From a virus (lineage: Duplodnaviria; Heunggongvirae; Uroviricota; Caudoviricetes): 43,483 nucleotides of DNA. The DNA is taken from IMG/VR virus record IMGVR_UViG_3300025327_000015; one strand, written 5' to 3'. The translations under genes and the position numbers were made by a program. This document shows, in pieces, positions 32,499-41,485 of the stretch (position 1 is the stretch's first letter; every line of letters begins with the position of its first letter). The notes under the pieces were generated by a model. It saw nothing but the letters and a program-made list of their open reading frames with translations. It made no database searches and was not told where the DNA came from.

Positions 32499-32641
32499 TC
32501 CCCCGCCCCATCCTGCACGAGCTGGGCTTCCTCGTCACCTTCATGGGCTGGCTCGCGTTAGCCATATTCGGTCATGCGATGGTTGCGACAATCGCGATCC
32601 TCGTGGCGGTTGGGTACGCGGCATGGTGGGTGGCGCGATGA
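32495..32641 (+). CDS. 48-aa membrane protein ending WWVAR
   Basis: GTGA/ATGA overlaps; hydrophobic. Confidence 0.5.
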   Translation: MIPRPILHELGFLVTFMGWLALAIFGHAMVATIAILVAVGYAAWWVAR

Positions 32642-33012
32642 CTGCCCTCTTCGCCCAGAAGATGAAGTCCATTCCCGGCCTTGATGCTGGTATCGCGCAG
32701 TACGTCGAGATCCTCCGTCGTTACGGCGTCGAGACCTACCAATCCTGCGAGGGATGGGGTGATCTGACACAGCACGGCGATGAACATTCCTTCCCCGAGC
32801 CGACGATTCAGTTTCACGGTGGGCCTGAAGGCGGCGCCTACGCCTACGCGATCGCCCGCGTCTTCGGCCTACCGGTGAAGGAGATTCGCCGCTGCTGGGA
32901 CGAGCAGGACGGCGAACTCACGGGTCCGCACTGGGAGATCGTCTTCTGGCGAAAGGCCACGGATGAGCGCGTGAATGTTCAAAGTCTCGCTGAGATCGAG
33001 GCACTCGCATGA
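32638..33012 (+). CDS. hypothetical protein
   Basis: LDAGI..V.IL...GVETYQSCEG motif. Confidence 0.7.
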   Translation: MTALFAQKMKSIPGLDAGIAQYVEILRRYGVETYQSCEGWGDLTQHGDEHSFPEPTIQFHGGPEGGAYAYAIARVFGLPVKEIRRCWDEQDGELTGPHWEIVFWRKATDERVNVQSLAEIEALA

Positions 33013-33058
33013 CCTTCGTTAGCGTCACGGCGCTCTATACCGGGTGGTGGGTGGTGCG

Positions 33059-33244
33059 ATGAGACGACGGCTACGTCGATTTCGGTGGTGGATTGTTCCG
33101 TATCGTGTTCAGGATGGTATGAGTGTGCGCCGACAACAGTGGTGGGAATGGCTCGGTAGGCGGTGGCTCGCCCGATATATCGAGGAAGAAGCCGCGTACC
33201 AAGACCGGAAAGGTCGTTACGAGAAATGGAAGGCCGAGCGGTGA
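33059..33244 (+). CDS. small Arg/Trp-rich protein
   Basis: coupled overlaps. Confidence 0.45.
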   Translation: MRRRLRRFRWWIVPYRVQDGMSVRRQQWWEWLGRRWLARYIEEEAAYQDRKGRYEKWKAER

Positions 33245-33284
33245 CCGTGGCGGCGCTCTATGCCGGGTGGTGGGTGGTGCGGTG

Positions 33285-33614
33285 ATGACCGGGGCTCAGA
33301 TGATCGCCAGAGAACGTACTCGCCAGCATCGGCAAGAGGGCTGGACGGCCAAGCACGACAACGGTCACGTTCATCACGAGCTTGTCCGCGCCGCCGTCTG
33401 CTATGCGCTTCCCGAGCAGGTGCGCGAACAGAGGGTCCTGACCCAAACCCTGTTCTGGCATCTATGGCCTTGGGGATCGCGCTACTGGAAGCCGACTCCT
33501 GATGATCGCATCCGCGAGCTGGTCAAGGCGGGCGCGCTCATCGCCGCCGAGATCGACCGGCTTCACCGTCTCATCGCCCCGCCCCCTGAATCCGAGGAAG
33601 GTGGGGAGCGGTGA
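33285..33614 (+). CDS. conserved phage hypothetical protein
   Basis: ER.RQ...EGW...HD...AA.CYA...WPW...WKP...RELVKAGALIAAEIDRL. Confidence 0.75.
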   Translation: MTGAQMIARERTRQHRQEGWTAKHDNGHVHHELVRAAVCYALPEQVREQRVLTQTLFWHLWPWGSRYWKPTPDDRIRELVKAGALIAAEIDRLHRLIAPPPESEEGGER

Positions 33615-33793
33615 GTGAGCAAGAGGCTCTCGGCATGAGCAGTGGATGGACGAAGGGCGAGTACGTTGGTTTTCTGCCATTTGCGGCTGCGAATGTGCTG
33701 GTAGCAACAGGTCGCTATCAGTTTTGGCAGGCGAGCTTCTGGGGCTACACGGTAAAGCGAGTTTCTAAGCCCGAGGAAGATGGGGAGCAGTGA
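33611..33793 (+). CDS. hypothetical protein
   Basis: GTGA coupling via junction repeat. Confidence 0.55.
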   Translation: MSEQEALGMSSGWTKGEYVGFLPFAAANVLVATGRYQFWQASFWGYTVKRVSKPEEDGEQ

Positions 33794-34038
33794 ACGGGCT
33801 AAGGACTCTCGCGTATCGAATTCTGGCTGATCGTTATGCCACGCCTGCGGCGGCGATAGCAGCGGCGCAACTGATCATTCTCGACGACACCCTGATCGAC
33901 GTGACGCGGGCGGCGGAGCGCGCAGTCACATATCGCGACACGCGTGGCCTTGGTGGCTTAGCGAACCTGCCAGAGGATGCTCTCGATGATCTTGCAGAAG
34001 TTCTCGCCCCGTTCCTTGAGGAAGGTGGGGAGCGGTGA
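33790..34038 (+). CDS. hypothetical protein
   Basis: GTGA coupling via junction repeat. Confidence 0.55.
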   Translation: MNGLRTLAYRILADRYATPAAAIAAAQLIILDDTLIDVTRAAERAVTYRDTRGLGGLANLPEDALDDLAEVLAPFLEEGGER

Positions 34039-34493
34039 GCGCTGAGGACGTGCGGATCGTGCGGGAGGGACTGGATCGCCTTTTCAAGGCCAGCGGAGCA
34101 CCGCTTGAATGGAAGATTGAGAGCGTAGATGCCCTCGACCGCCTCGCCGCCCGCTTGCAGGAGGCTGAGCGGGAGCGGGACGACGCGGAGCAATCGTGGT
34201 CGATGTATGCAAAGGAGGCCGAAGACGCGAATACTCGCGCCGAAGCCCGCCTCGCGGAGGAGGAGAAACGGGCAACTGAGAACGGCCGACTCGCACAGAC
34301 TCATTGGGATCGTGCCGAAGCCGCCAAAGCCCGCCTCGCACGGCTGGAAAGAGCGTTGAGAATAGCGCGGCCGGTGGTGGAAAAGATGGCACAGGAGCGC
34401 GATTGGGATACAGACCTTGAGTGTTCGGTTCTAGCTTGGCCGGACATGCTACATCGGCTAGTAGTTATAGACGCCGCCCTCGCCAGCCAGTGA
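34035..34493 (+). CDS. coiled-coil hypothetical protein
   Basis: junction repeat; shares RAEAAKARLARLER with 8575-8907. Confidence 0.6.
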   Translation: MSAEDVRIVREGLDRLFKASGAPLEWKIESVDALDRLAARLQEAERERDDAEQSWSMYAKEAEDANTRAEARLAEEEKRATENGRLAQTHWDRAEAAKARLARLERALRIARPVVEKMAQERDWDTDLECSVLAWPDMLHRLVVIDAALASQ

Positions 34494-34508
34494 GGAAGGA
34501 GGGGAACG

Positions 34509-34862
34509 GTGAGAATGATTCAGGACTCTAACGACGAGTACGAGTACATGAGCGATACGGCAGAGAGCCGATGGGGAGCTGAGGACGTGCGGCCCTTGGC
34601 TGGGGCTGAATATGTCGGCAGGCGGTTTCCGTTCGCGGAGCGAGTAGAAATGTTCGTCGTTCGCGTCAATCATCCAAATGGACCGTGGGAGGCCATCTAC
34701 TGCCACACAGAGGCTCAAGCTCAAGAAATCGCCCGGATCGAAGCCCGCCTTGCGCGGCTGGAGCTTGCATTGGACACGATTGCTCGCGGTGAATATGCCG
34801 ACTTCGCCGAGAACGTCGCCAGGGACGCCCTCGCCGCCACCGAGGAAGGGGCAGAGAGATGA
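34509..34862 (+). CDS. hypothetical protein
   Basis: junction repeat; EARLARLE. Confidence 0.6.
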   Translation: MRMIQDSNDEYEYMSDTAESRWGAEDVRPLAGAEYVGRRFPFAERVEMFVVRVNHPNGPWEAIYCHTEAQAQEIARIEARLARLELALDTIARGEYADFAENVARDALAATEEGAER

Positions 34863-35110
34863 CTCCCGACGAACTGCGCGCGCTCGCAGACGAATGGGAG
34901 AGGCTTGGCATCCCTGACGACGAGTTGCCGATTGCGCTCGCGCGGCTGTGCGCGGAGATGGGGGAAGCGCTGGAGATTGCGGAGACAATCGCGATGACCT
35001 CGGCGCAAGGCTGGGAGTTACCGCGTGATGTTGTCACGGCCCTGAAGCGTGTGGAACGTGACAGCCGCGCCGCCCTCGCCAAGCTCGCGAAACTGGAGGC
35101 ACCGAAATGA
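34859..35110 (+). CDS. hypothetical protein
   Basis: ATGA coupling. Confidence 0.6.
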   Translation: MTPDELRALADEWERLGIPDDELPIALARLCAEMGEALEIAETIAMTSAQGWELPRDVVTALKRVERDSRAALAKLAKLEAPK

Positions 35111-36039
35111 GTGGCATCGCTGTCTATTCGGAATGGCTCGGCAACTGGGGGGCGCACCGCGCCCGCGACTTGCACGCAGAGGGCACGATCAACGCGGTCT
35201 ATGCGCTGGTCTGGCCGCCGAATGCTGCTGCGAAGGCGAACGCCGCCGCCTGGGAAATGTGGCGCGCGATCTACCCCGGCCCGCTGTGGGCGTGGATGAA
35301 CTGCTCGAAAGACCAGGCGGAGGACGCCTTTCAGCTTGCCGCGCTCGACGCCGCGCTCAAGCCGGACGGCTGGCTGCTCGACATCGAGGGTGAGTGGACG
35401 AAAGGTGCCAAGCTGGACACTATCGTCAGGGCTGCGAAGGCGACGGGAAAGCCCGTGAGGGCTTCCCTGGCTGGCGCCTCGGCCTCGCACGTTGAGTACG
35501 ACTATCGGCGCCTGGACGCGGCCGTCGAGTGGCAAGCCTACGCCGACTCGGGCGAAGGTCCGGATCCTGAGACGGCGGTGCGCGAACTGTACGAGTCGAG
35601 CTTCGTGATTCCGGGGTGGGAGTACCGGAGCTGGGTGAGACTGCCGGAGCAGAAGCGGGCTGTTTACGGCTGGGGCAAGATAGGCAGCGTTGATGGCGCA
35701 GCCGCCTGGTTTGATTCTTACCGTCGACCAAACGAAAGAGACGCTTACTTCATCGTGAGCGCGCGCGAATGGGGCTTCACCGTCAAGGATCATGTTCTGT
35801 GGCCGACTGAAGTATCCGAGCCACCGCTCGGCCGCCTCCTCGGCCGCGCCCGCTACTCCAAGATCAGGGTTGCGCTCATCGTCTCCGAGGAGATCGAGCA
35901 GCGCCGGACACTCGCGGAGTGGACAGCCTACGCGGCCTCGGCGCGGATGCCGGGGATGGCGAAGCGACCAATCAGTGTGTACCTGGCGGAGCGGGCGAGC
36001 GATGACGTGCTGCGGGCGGTGGCGAAGGGAGCGGGATGA
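35107..36039 (+). CDS. hypothetical protein, possible glycoside-hydrolase-like barrel
   Basis: 310 aa; WLLDIEGEW recalls the GH25 DxE motif (weak). Confidence 0.6.
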   Translation: MSGIAVYSEWLGNWGAHRARDLHAEGTINAVYALVWPPNAAAKANAAAWEMWRAIYPGPLWAWMNCSKDQAEDAFQLAALDAALKPDGWLLDIEGEWTKGAKLDTIVRAAKATGKPVRASLAGASASHVEYDYRRLDAAVEWQAYADSGEGPDPETAVRELYESSFVIPGWEYRSWVRLPEQKRAVYGWGKIGSVDGAAAWFDSYRRPNERDAYFIVSAREWGFTVKDHVLWPTEVSEPPLGRLLGRARYSKIRVALIVSEEIEQRRTLAEWTAYAASARMPGMAKRPISVYLAERASDDVLRAVAKGAG

Positions 36040-36356
36040 TGTACGACACCCGACATCAACAACCGCGAGTGGCGTTCCCATTAACTGAACAATTTCATGG
36101 GAACGCGATGGTCTTTCGATTGAGGACTCGGAGATTCCCAAAATGCTCAAACGGTTCCTCGGGACGTGAGTTGCTCGTCTTCGAGGGTGAGGCGGCGAAG
36201 ATTCAGGAGATAAAGGGAACGCTGCGCAAGCATCGCAAGTTTCAAAGATCGCCGCTGCCGAGTGCTGACTTATGGAAGAATGCGGCGGAGCGAACGGCTG
36301 CGTGGCGCGATCGTCGAAGGGAGGAAAGGGTTGATCAGATTTCGCAAGAGGCGTAA
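36036..36356 (+). CDS. hypothetical protein
   Basis: coupled start. Confidence 0.4.
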   Translation: MMYDTRHQQPRVAFPLTEQFHGNAMVFRLRTRRFPKCSNGSSGRELLVFEGEAAKIQEIKGTLRKHRKFQRSPLPSADLWKNAAERTAAWRDRRREERVDQISQEA

Positions 36357-36629
36357 CGGCCGCGTTCGCACTGACGTCGTGATCAAGCGGTTCACCCAGA
36401 GCGAGCAGGACGACATCCTTAGGGATGCTCTGAGGCGCGAGCGAGAGGTCTTCCAGCTCACCGCTGGCCAGCGCAAGACCTTGCGCACTGGGAGCTAAGT
36501 CACCCGCCATGACGGAGGTCTGCAAGCGCGCGAGCTGCTTTCTGTCCTCATCGAGTTCGAGAATGGAGACAGAACTGTGACTTCTATTCGTGCCTTGCGA
36601 TCAGCGAAGAAACAGGAACAACTTTCAAT

Positions 36630-36932
36630 ATGACCTTCATACCACTTGAGCAGCGCAAACAAGAGCGCGAGTTTTACGACTCACAACCTATGCGAAGTAC
36701 ATGTCTTTTCTGTGAATGGTCTATTGAGGGGAGGGCAAATGAAGTGCGTAATCAAGCACTTGCCCATCGACAAGAAAAACATTCGGAGACGTTTAAGAGA
36801 CGTCGATCTTTTCGAAGCCGTCGTGCTCTGAGTACGTTTCGTTATGTGGAAATGGATAATGAGGAGCGCGATGAGGTAGAGCAGGAGCGGAGACGACGTG
36901 CATACCTCATTGGGATCGAAATTGACGAATGA
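36630..36932 (+). CDS. C2H2-like basic protein
   Basis: CLFCEW...AHRQEKH. Confidence 0.6.
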   Translation: MTFIPLEQRKQEREFYDSQPMRSTCLFCEWSIEGRANEVRNQALAHRQEKHSETFKRRRSFRSRRALSTFRYVEMDNEERDEVEQERRRRAYLIGIEIDE

Positions 36933-38980
36933 TTCCATTTCTTCAAGATGCAGATTGCATTATCTACTGTGGTGACGTCGAAGAAGTGTTGCATGAGCTT
37001 TCTGCTGAGAGCGTTGATTGTGTTGTAACCAGTCCACCCTTCTGGAATCTTCGGGATTATGGAACCGCCAAATGGGAAAGCGGAGATTCTCAGTGTGATC
37101 ATATCGAGAGAGAGATTCGCACTGGACTAGGATTAGCTGAATGGAGTGCTGAGAACGCAAGAGGTGGAGCCCATAAGGCAGGCTCTGTTGATCGTATTGC
37201 TTACCGCTCTAAATGTGATAAATGCGGTGCAGTTCGTATTGATCAACAATTAGGACTTGAATCTACGCCGGAAGAATATGTAGAGCGGCTAGTTAGGATC
37301 TTTCGAGAGGTACGGAGAGTTCTTGCTCCGCATGGGACGGTTTGGCTGAATCTAGGAGATTCCTACGCTGCGAATCGTTCTTATCAAGTCAGTGATTCTA
37401 AACATCCTTCTCATGACTTTGTAGATTCGAACAAGGCAAAAACGCCCTCTGGGATGAAACCAAAGGATTTGATAGGTATTCCTTGGATGGTTGCTTTTGC
37501 ATTACGAGCTGATGGCTGGTACTTAAGAAGTGACATTGTGTGGTCTAAAAGTAATCCGATGCCTGAAAGTGTTACTGATCGTCCAACTAAAGCCCATGAG
37601 TATATTTTTTTGCTTTCAAAATCACCGCGCTATTATTTTGATCAAGAAGCCGTCCGTGAACCTGCCGAATGGAATCGCTGGGGGGATCAGACCGTTCCGA
37701 AATATGAAGGGACGCAAACCTCTACGGGTTGGATCAAACCAAAGACGAAAACTGAACTGTTAAACAGGAATCGCCAAAGCTATCCATCTGGTCAAACAGG
37801 TGGGAACACACTCAAAAATCATGTTAAAGGGAGTTCAGGAGGTATGCCTATTAATCCAGCGGGCCGCAACATTCGTTCAGTTTGGGAAATGGAGCAGACG
37901 GGGCGCGCTGCATGGTCGAAGTACACACTGAACGACGCCTACTTTTCATCCATCGAGACTGAGGAGCAGGCGTACTGGCTCGGCTTCCTCTACGCCGATG
38001 CCCACGTCGGGGTTCGACACGTTGACCTCCAACTCTCGGACAAAGACCGAGAGCACATCCTTCACTTCCGCGACACGCTCGGCTCGTCTTATGAGCCAAA
38101 GGACACGGGAGACGGGCGCATTCGTGTGGTCCTCTCGTCCAAGCGCATGGCCGAGGATCTCCTAGCGTTCGGTATCAAGACGCAGATGCTGATTCCCGAC
38201 ATGCCAGACGATCTCGTTCGTCACTTCGTACGCGGACTGTTTGACGGTGACGGAAGCGCGTGGAAATACCTGCCGTCAGGCCGAACCAAGTGGCGTTACG
38301 GAGCGCAGTTCCTCGGCACCGAAAGGATGCTCACCGCAATTCGAGACATTCTCAGACTGAAGGCGAAGCCGAAATTCGAACGCGGCATCTACCGCATCTC
38401 CATTGCGTCAGCGGCTGAACTGGCGCAGCTGTACGAGTACCTCTACGACGGGGCGACTGTCTATCTTAAACGTAAGCGCCGGGAGTTCCCGCAAGCGCAG
38501 CACGTCGCCTCTGACGTGTGGTCTATTGCTACTCAACCCTATGCTGAAAGCCATTTCGCTGTATTTCCTGAAGAAATACCACGACGAGCGATTCTAGCAG
38601 GTTGTCCTGAGCAGGTATGTCGTACCTGTGGTAAGCCAAGAGAACGGGTAGTTGAGCGTGAAATACCTATTGATCCAGGTCGTGGTGAAAGCAAACTTCG
38701 TGATGCTTCTGGTCTTTCAGCAAGGGCTTCCAGCACAGCAAAGCGTCAGCTAGGCGGGAACTATCAAAAACAACTTGATAAGAATCTTCGCACTTCTACT
38801 TGGACTGACTGTGGACATGAGGATTTCAGATCAGGCATTGTGCTCGATCCATTTATGGGCTCAGGAACCGTAGCCTTCGTCGCTCGCAATCTACTCCGTC
38901 ATTCAATTGGAATTGAGCTAAATGAGGACTATTGCCATCTGGCGGCTAAACGTCTGCAGCAACTCTCATTACTTGTATGA
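36929..38980 (+). CDS. N4C/N6A DNA methyltransferase (beta class) with in-frame LAGLIDADG insert
   Basis: VTSPPFW; WLNLGD; KDLIGIPW; DIVWSK; HEYIFLLSK; HFAVFP; LDPFMGSGT. Confidence 0.92.
   Translation: MIPFLQDADCIIYCGDVEEVLHELSAESVDCVVTSPPFWNLRDYGTAKWESGDSQCDHIEREIRTGLGLAEWSAENARGGAHKAGSVDRIAYRSKCDKCGAVRIDQQLGLESTPEEYVERLVRIFREVRRVLAPHGTVWLNLGDSYAANRSYQVSDSKHPSHDFVDSNKAKTPSGMKPKDLIGIPWMVAFALRADGWYLRSDIVWSKSNPMPESVTDRPTKAHEYIFLLSKSPRYYFDQEAVREPAEWNRWGDQTVPKYEGTQTSTGWIKPKTKTELLNRNRQSYPSGQTGGNTLKNHVKGSSGGMPINPAGRNIRSVWEMEQTGRAAWSKYTLNDAYFSSIETEEQAYWLGFLYADAHVGVRHVDLQLSDKDREHILHFRDTLGSSYEPKDTGDGRIRVVLSSKRMAEDLLAFGIKTQMLIPDMPDDLVRHFVRGLFDGDGSAWKYLPSGRTKWRYGAQFLGTERMLTAIRDILRLKAKPKFERGIYRISIASAAELAQLYEYLYDGATVYLKRKRREFPQAQHVASDVWSIATQPYAESHFAVFPEEIPRRAILAGCPEQVCRTCGKPRERVVEREIPIDPGRGESKLRDASGLSARASSTAKRQLGGNYQKQLDKNLRTSTWTDCGHEDFRSGIVLDPFMGSGTVAFVARNLLRHSIGIELNEDYCHLAAKRLQQLSLLV
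37886..38521 (+). mobile_element. in-frame LAGLIDADG homing-endonuclease domain (212 codons)
   Basis: AYWLGFLYADA and FVRGLFDGDGS; interrupts RSVW|SIATQP; visibly GC-richer. Confidence 0.8.
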
Positions 38981-39147
38981 AGCTCGTCTGCTCCGACTGC
39001 GGCCGCGAGATGTTTAAGAAGGACATCGGGCGAGAGCATCATGACGCACGGACGGGCGAAACGACATACCGCTGCCGCACCTGCGCCGAGGCCCGCGTGG
39101 CGGCCCTGATCGAGCGGACGAAGAATACATTGGGGATTTTCTCATGA
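38977..39147 (+). CDS. 56-aa CxxC/CxxC protein (below ORF-track cutoff)
   Basis: ATGA overlaps; CSDC...CRTC. Confidence 0.55.
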   Translation: MKLVCSDCGREMFKKDIGREHHDARTGETTYRCRTCAEARVAALIERTKNTLGIFS

Positions 39148-39365
39148 AAGTAATAGCCGCCCTCATCTTTGTTCCTGGCTTCGCAGTAGGTGTGGTGGCT
39201 GGTATATCAGCGACTCTTGATCTCCCATTCTGGCTGCATCTCATTCTCGTGGAAATTACCTTCATAGTCATATTCAGCATCGTCTGGCTTGAAGCTAAGT
39301 GGATACATGAGCGCAATCAAGCTCGCGCCGAACTTAATGCCCTCGGACTTCTCCCGAAAAGCTGA
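39144..39365 (+). CDS. two-TM membrane protein
   Basis: two hydrophobic helices. Confidence 0.65.
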   Translation: MKVIAALIFVPGFAVGVVAGISATLDLPFWLHLILVEITFIVIFSIVWLEAKWIHERNQARAELNALGLLPKS

Positions 39366-39383
39366 GAGCCCTTCCGGGCTCTC
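39364..39383 (+). terminator. hairpin at stop codon
   Basis: GAGAGCCC ttcc GGGCTCTC; weak U-tract. Confidence 0.4.
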
Positions 39384-39610
39384 TTCGCGATCCTCCTTAC
39401 AGATCAGCCCGAGCTACGCGCGGTTCACTCGTTCCGATCCTCCAAACCCACCGTTGACATTCGGCAGGCGGGGAGCGTCACACCCCAGCTTACATATCGC
39501 GAACAGAAAAACTCTAGCGTACATGCCCTCAGACTTCAAGTTCTGGGCTAGGTCCGACCTCGTGAGGCAGTATAGTTACAGAAGATAATGTCGAAGATAG
39601 CTGAGGCCCT

Positions 39611-39943
39611 ATGTCCAAACTGATCTTGAATGAAGAACTTCCTCTCGATCTAAGAGAAGCTCTAGAACGGGATGCGGCAGAAGATGACATCACCATCAAT
39701 GACGCTGCTACTCGTGTTCTAGCCAAGAACTATGAAGTGAAGTGGGAACCGTCTGGGTTTCGATACCGTCCTGTAGCTGCCCGCTTCAAACTCCGCGTCC
39801 CAACAGTTCTTCACCGTGAGATTCGAATGGATGCTGCCAACAGACTGGCGACAGTCCGTGGTGTAGTCTTGAGTGTGCTTGCGGAGCATTACGGGGCAGT
39901 CAGCATAGATCCGCATCGTCGTTCTCGAAAGGAAGTGGCATGA
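39611..39943 (+). CDS. tandem ribbon-helix-helix-like DNA-binding protein
   Basis: LPLDLREALERDAA...INDAA and LRVPTVLHREIRMDAA...VRGVV. Confidence 0.55.
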   Translation: MSKLILNEELPLDLREALERDAAEDDITINDAATRVLAKNYEVKWEPSGFRYRPVAARFKLRVPTVLHREIRMDAANRLATVRGVVLSVLAEHYGAVSIDPHRRSRKEVA

Positions 39944-40263
39944 GCGAGCGAGAAGCAACTATCGAACGTCTGCGAGAGAAGGTTGCAGGAGCAGATGAGA
40001 CAGAGCAAGAAGAAGTAGACTTGGATGAATCTTTGGTCATCGAAAAAACAGAAGAAAAAGAGACCAAGCGCTCATCCACCCGTGAATATGTTGTTCTCGG
40101 CACTTGGAAGGAAATTGCTCGTATCGAAGCTGGGAGTGCCGAAGCAGCTCTAAAAGTTTTGGGTAAGGGAGACGGTGAATACGCAGTTGTCCCTGCCCGC
40201 AACTGGACTCCGTTTACAGTTAAAACTGAGACGGCGACAGTCGTTCATATCGATCGTCAGTAA
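39940..40263 (+). CDS. hypothetical protein
   Basis: AAAGGAAG SD. Confidence 0.65.
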   Translation: MSEREATIERLREKVAGADETEQEEVDLDESLVIEKTEEKETKRSSTREYVVLGTWKEIARIEAGSAEAALKVLGKGDGEYAVVPARNWTPFTVKTETATVVHIDRQ

Positions 40264-40283
40264 ATATACTCGCTTCGAATTCA

Positions 40284-41054
40284 GTGAGAGAATTCCCTGC
40301 CGAGGTTGAGGACCTAGCGCCTGCTTCGCAGGAGCTTCTACAAGCGCTCCCAAAATCGCAAGAGAAAGCAGCTATCGAGCTATTGCGAGCGCTCGAAGAA
40401 GCAGGAGCAATGACACCTACCTCACTCATGCTCACTGACCCAGAGATGCCTTGGGAACGTTACGAGGCTCTCTGCTTTTTTCTAGGACGAATAAATCGTT
40501 CGTGCAGTTTTTGGATTGGCGATCTTCTCGTCTATGGAGAAGAAACCTTTGGGCACTATGTTTATCAAGCTGCTGAAGCGACAGGTTTAGCACCACAAAC
40601 TTTGGCAAACAGAGCGAGTGTTTGCCGACACATTCCTCCGAACCGAAGACGCTCTTCTCTGCCATTTGGAGTTCATGCTGAAGTTGCCTATCTCGACCCC
40701 CAAGAGCGAGATCGTTGGCTCGATCGCGCTGAGCTAGGTGATTGGACGCGCGCCAAATTGCGGGAGGAGATGCGTGATGTTCGGGGGATCGAACCGGGTT
40801 CGATGGGCGATCTGGCTGTAACGAGCAAGAGCGAGGTTATGCCTCGTGAGGAACACCTTTTAGGGGTGCCTGCCGCGAAGATGGACTTCCTCGGTGAACT
40901 CGTGTCGGGTCCGGTTCAACTACAAGAAACAGCTACTCAAATTACCGTGGCTCTGGGTTGGGTGCCAGAAGAGCACAGACCTATCATTGTTAAGCATCTC
41001 CGTCCTGAAATAAGGACGCGAGTGCAGGAACTACTGGACGAAGATTTCTATTAA
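40284..41054 (+). CDS. LmbU-like DNA-binding protein
   Basis: FWIGDLLVYGE; TGL..QTL.N.A.V; RRR..L.F..HAEVA.L; WL..AE...W....LR. Confidence 0.75.
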   Translation: MREFPAEVEDLAPASQELLQALPKSQEKAAIELLRALEEAGAMTPTSLMLTDPEMPWERYEALCFFLGRINRSCSFWIGDLLVYGEETFGHYVYQAAEATGLAPQTLANRASVCRHIPPNRRRSSLPFGVHAEVAYLDPQERDRWLDRAELGDWTRAKLREEMRDVRGIEPGSMGDLAVTSKSEVMPREEHLLGVPAAKMDFLGELVSGPVQLQETATQITVALGWVPEEHRPIIVKHLRPEIRTRVQELLDEDFY

Positions 41055-41107
41055 AGGTAGAGGCATGACCTCCGGCGGTATGTGTATGATTGTTCATGTG
41101 AAAGCCA

Positions 41108-41401
41108 ATGGCGATCAAGTCGTATACACACCGCTCTTGGCGAGAGCTTCCGCGCGAAGGCGAATGCGCTCTCGTTGATCTTATCGGCGGCGAATGCCGG
41201 GGTGCTCTTGGCTGGCATCATATTCATCCTCTTTCTGAGGACGGCAATGACGAAGACGGTTTGCTGCTTGCCTGTCAACGCCATCATCAATTGCTTCATG
41301 GTGCTCGCAGGCGCGCTCTACCACAATGGAGACGGTGTCGGCATACGCATCGGACCCGCGAGTCACGGCTGCTCTGTGAGCGTCGTCTAAACACAGGCTA
41401 G
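41108..41401 (+). CDS. HNH-like endonuclease
   Basis: HHIHPLS.DG.D..GLLLACQRHH..LH. Confidence 0.6.
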   Translation: MAIKSYTHRSWRELPREGECALVDLIGGECRGALGWHHIHPLSEDGNDEDGLLLACQRHHQLLHGARRRALPQWRRCRHTHRTRESRLLCERRLNTG

Positions 41402-41402
41402 T

Positions 41403-41420
41403 TTCTCAAAGTTTTGAGAT
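41403..41420. promoter_or_regulatory. 18-bp palindrome, copy 15
   Basis: TTCTCAAAGTTTTGAGAT. Confidence 0.7.
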
Positions 41421-41426
41421 TTTAGT

Positions 41427-41456
41427 TTGCGTTGTATTGAAAATCTTTGGTATACT
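41427..41456 (+). promoter_or_regulatory. candidate housekeeping-sigma promoter
   Basis: TTGCGT-18-TATACT with TG extension. Confidence 0.6.
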
Positions 41457-41485
41457 TCTAATACCCCCAAAGAAAGGAGCCAGCA

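Noticed and set aside
34666-36525. 619-aa minus-strand ORF and other long antisense ORFs
   Set aside because: Low-complexity shadows of GC-rich plus-strand genes with no recognisable motifs.
37886-38521. Canonical intein
   Set aside because: The splice-junction residues are missing at both ends.
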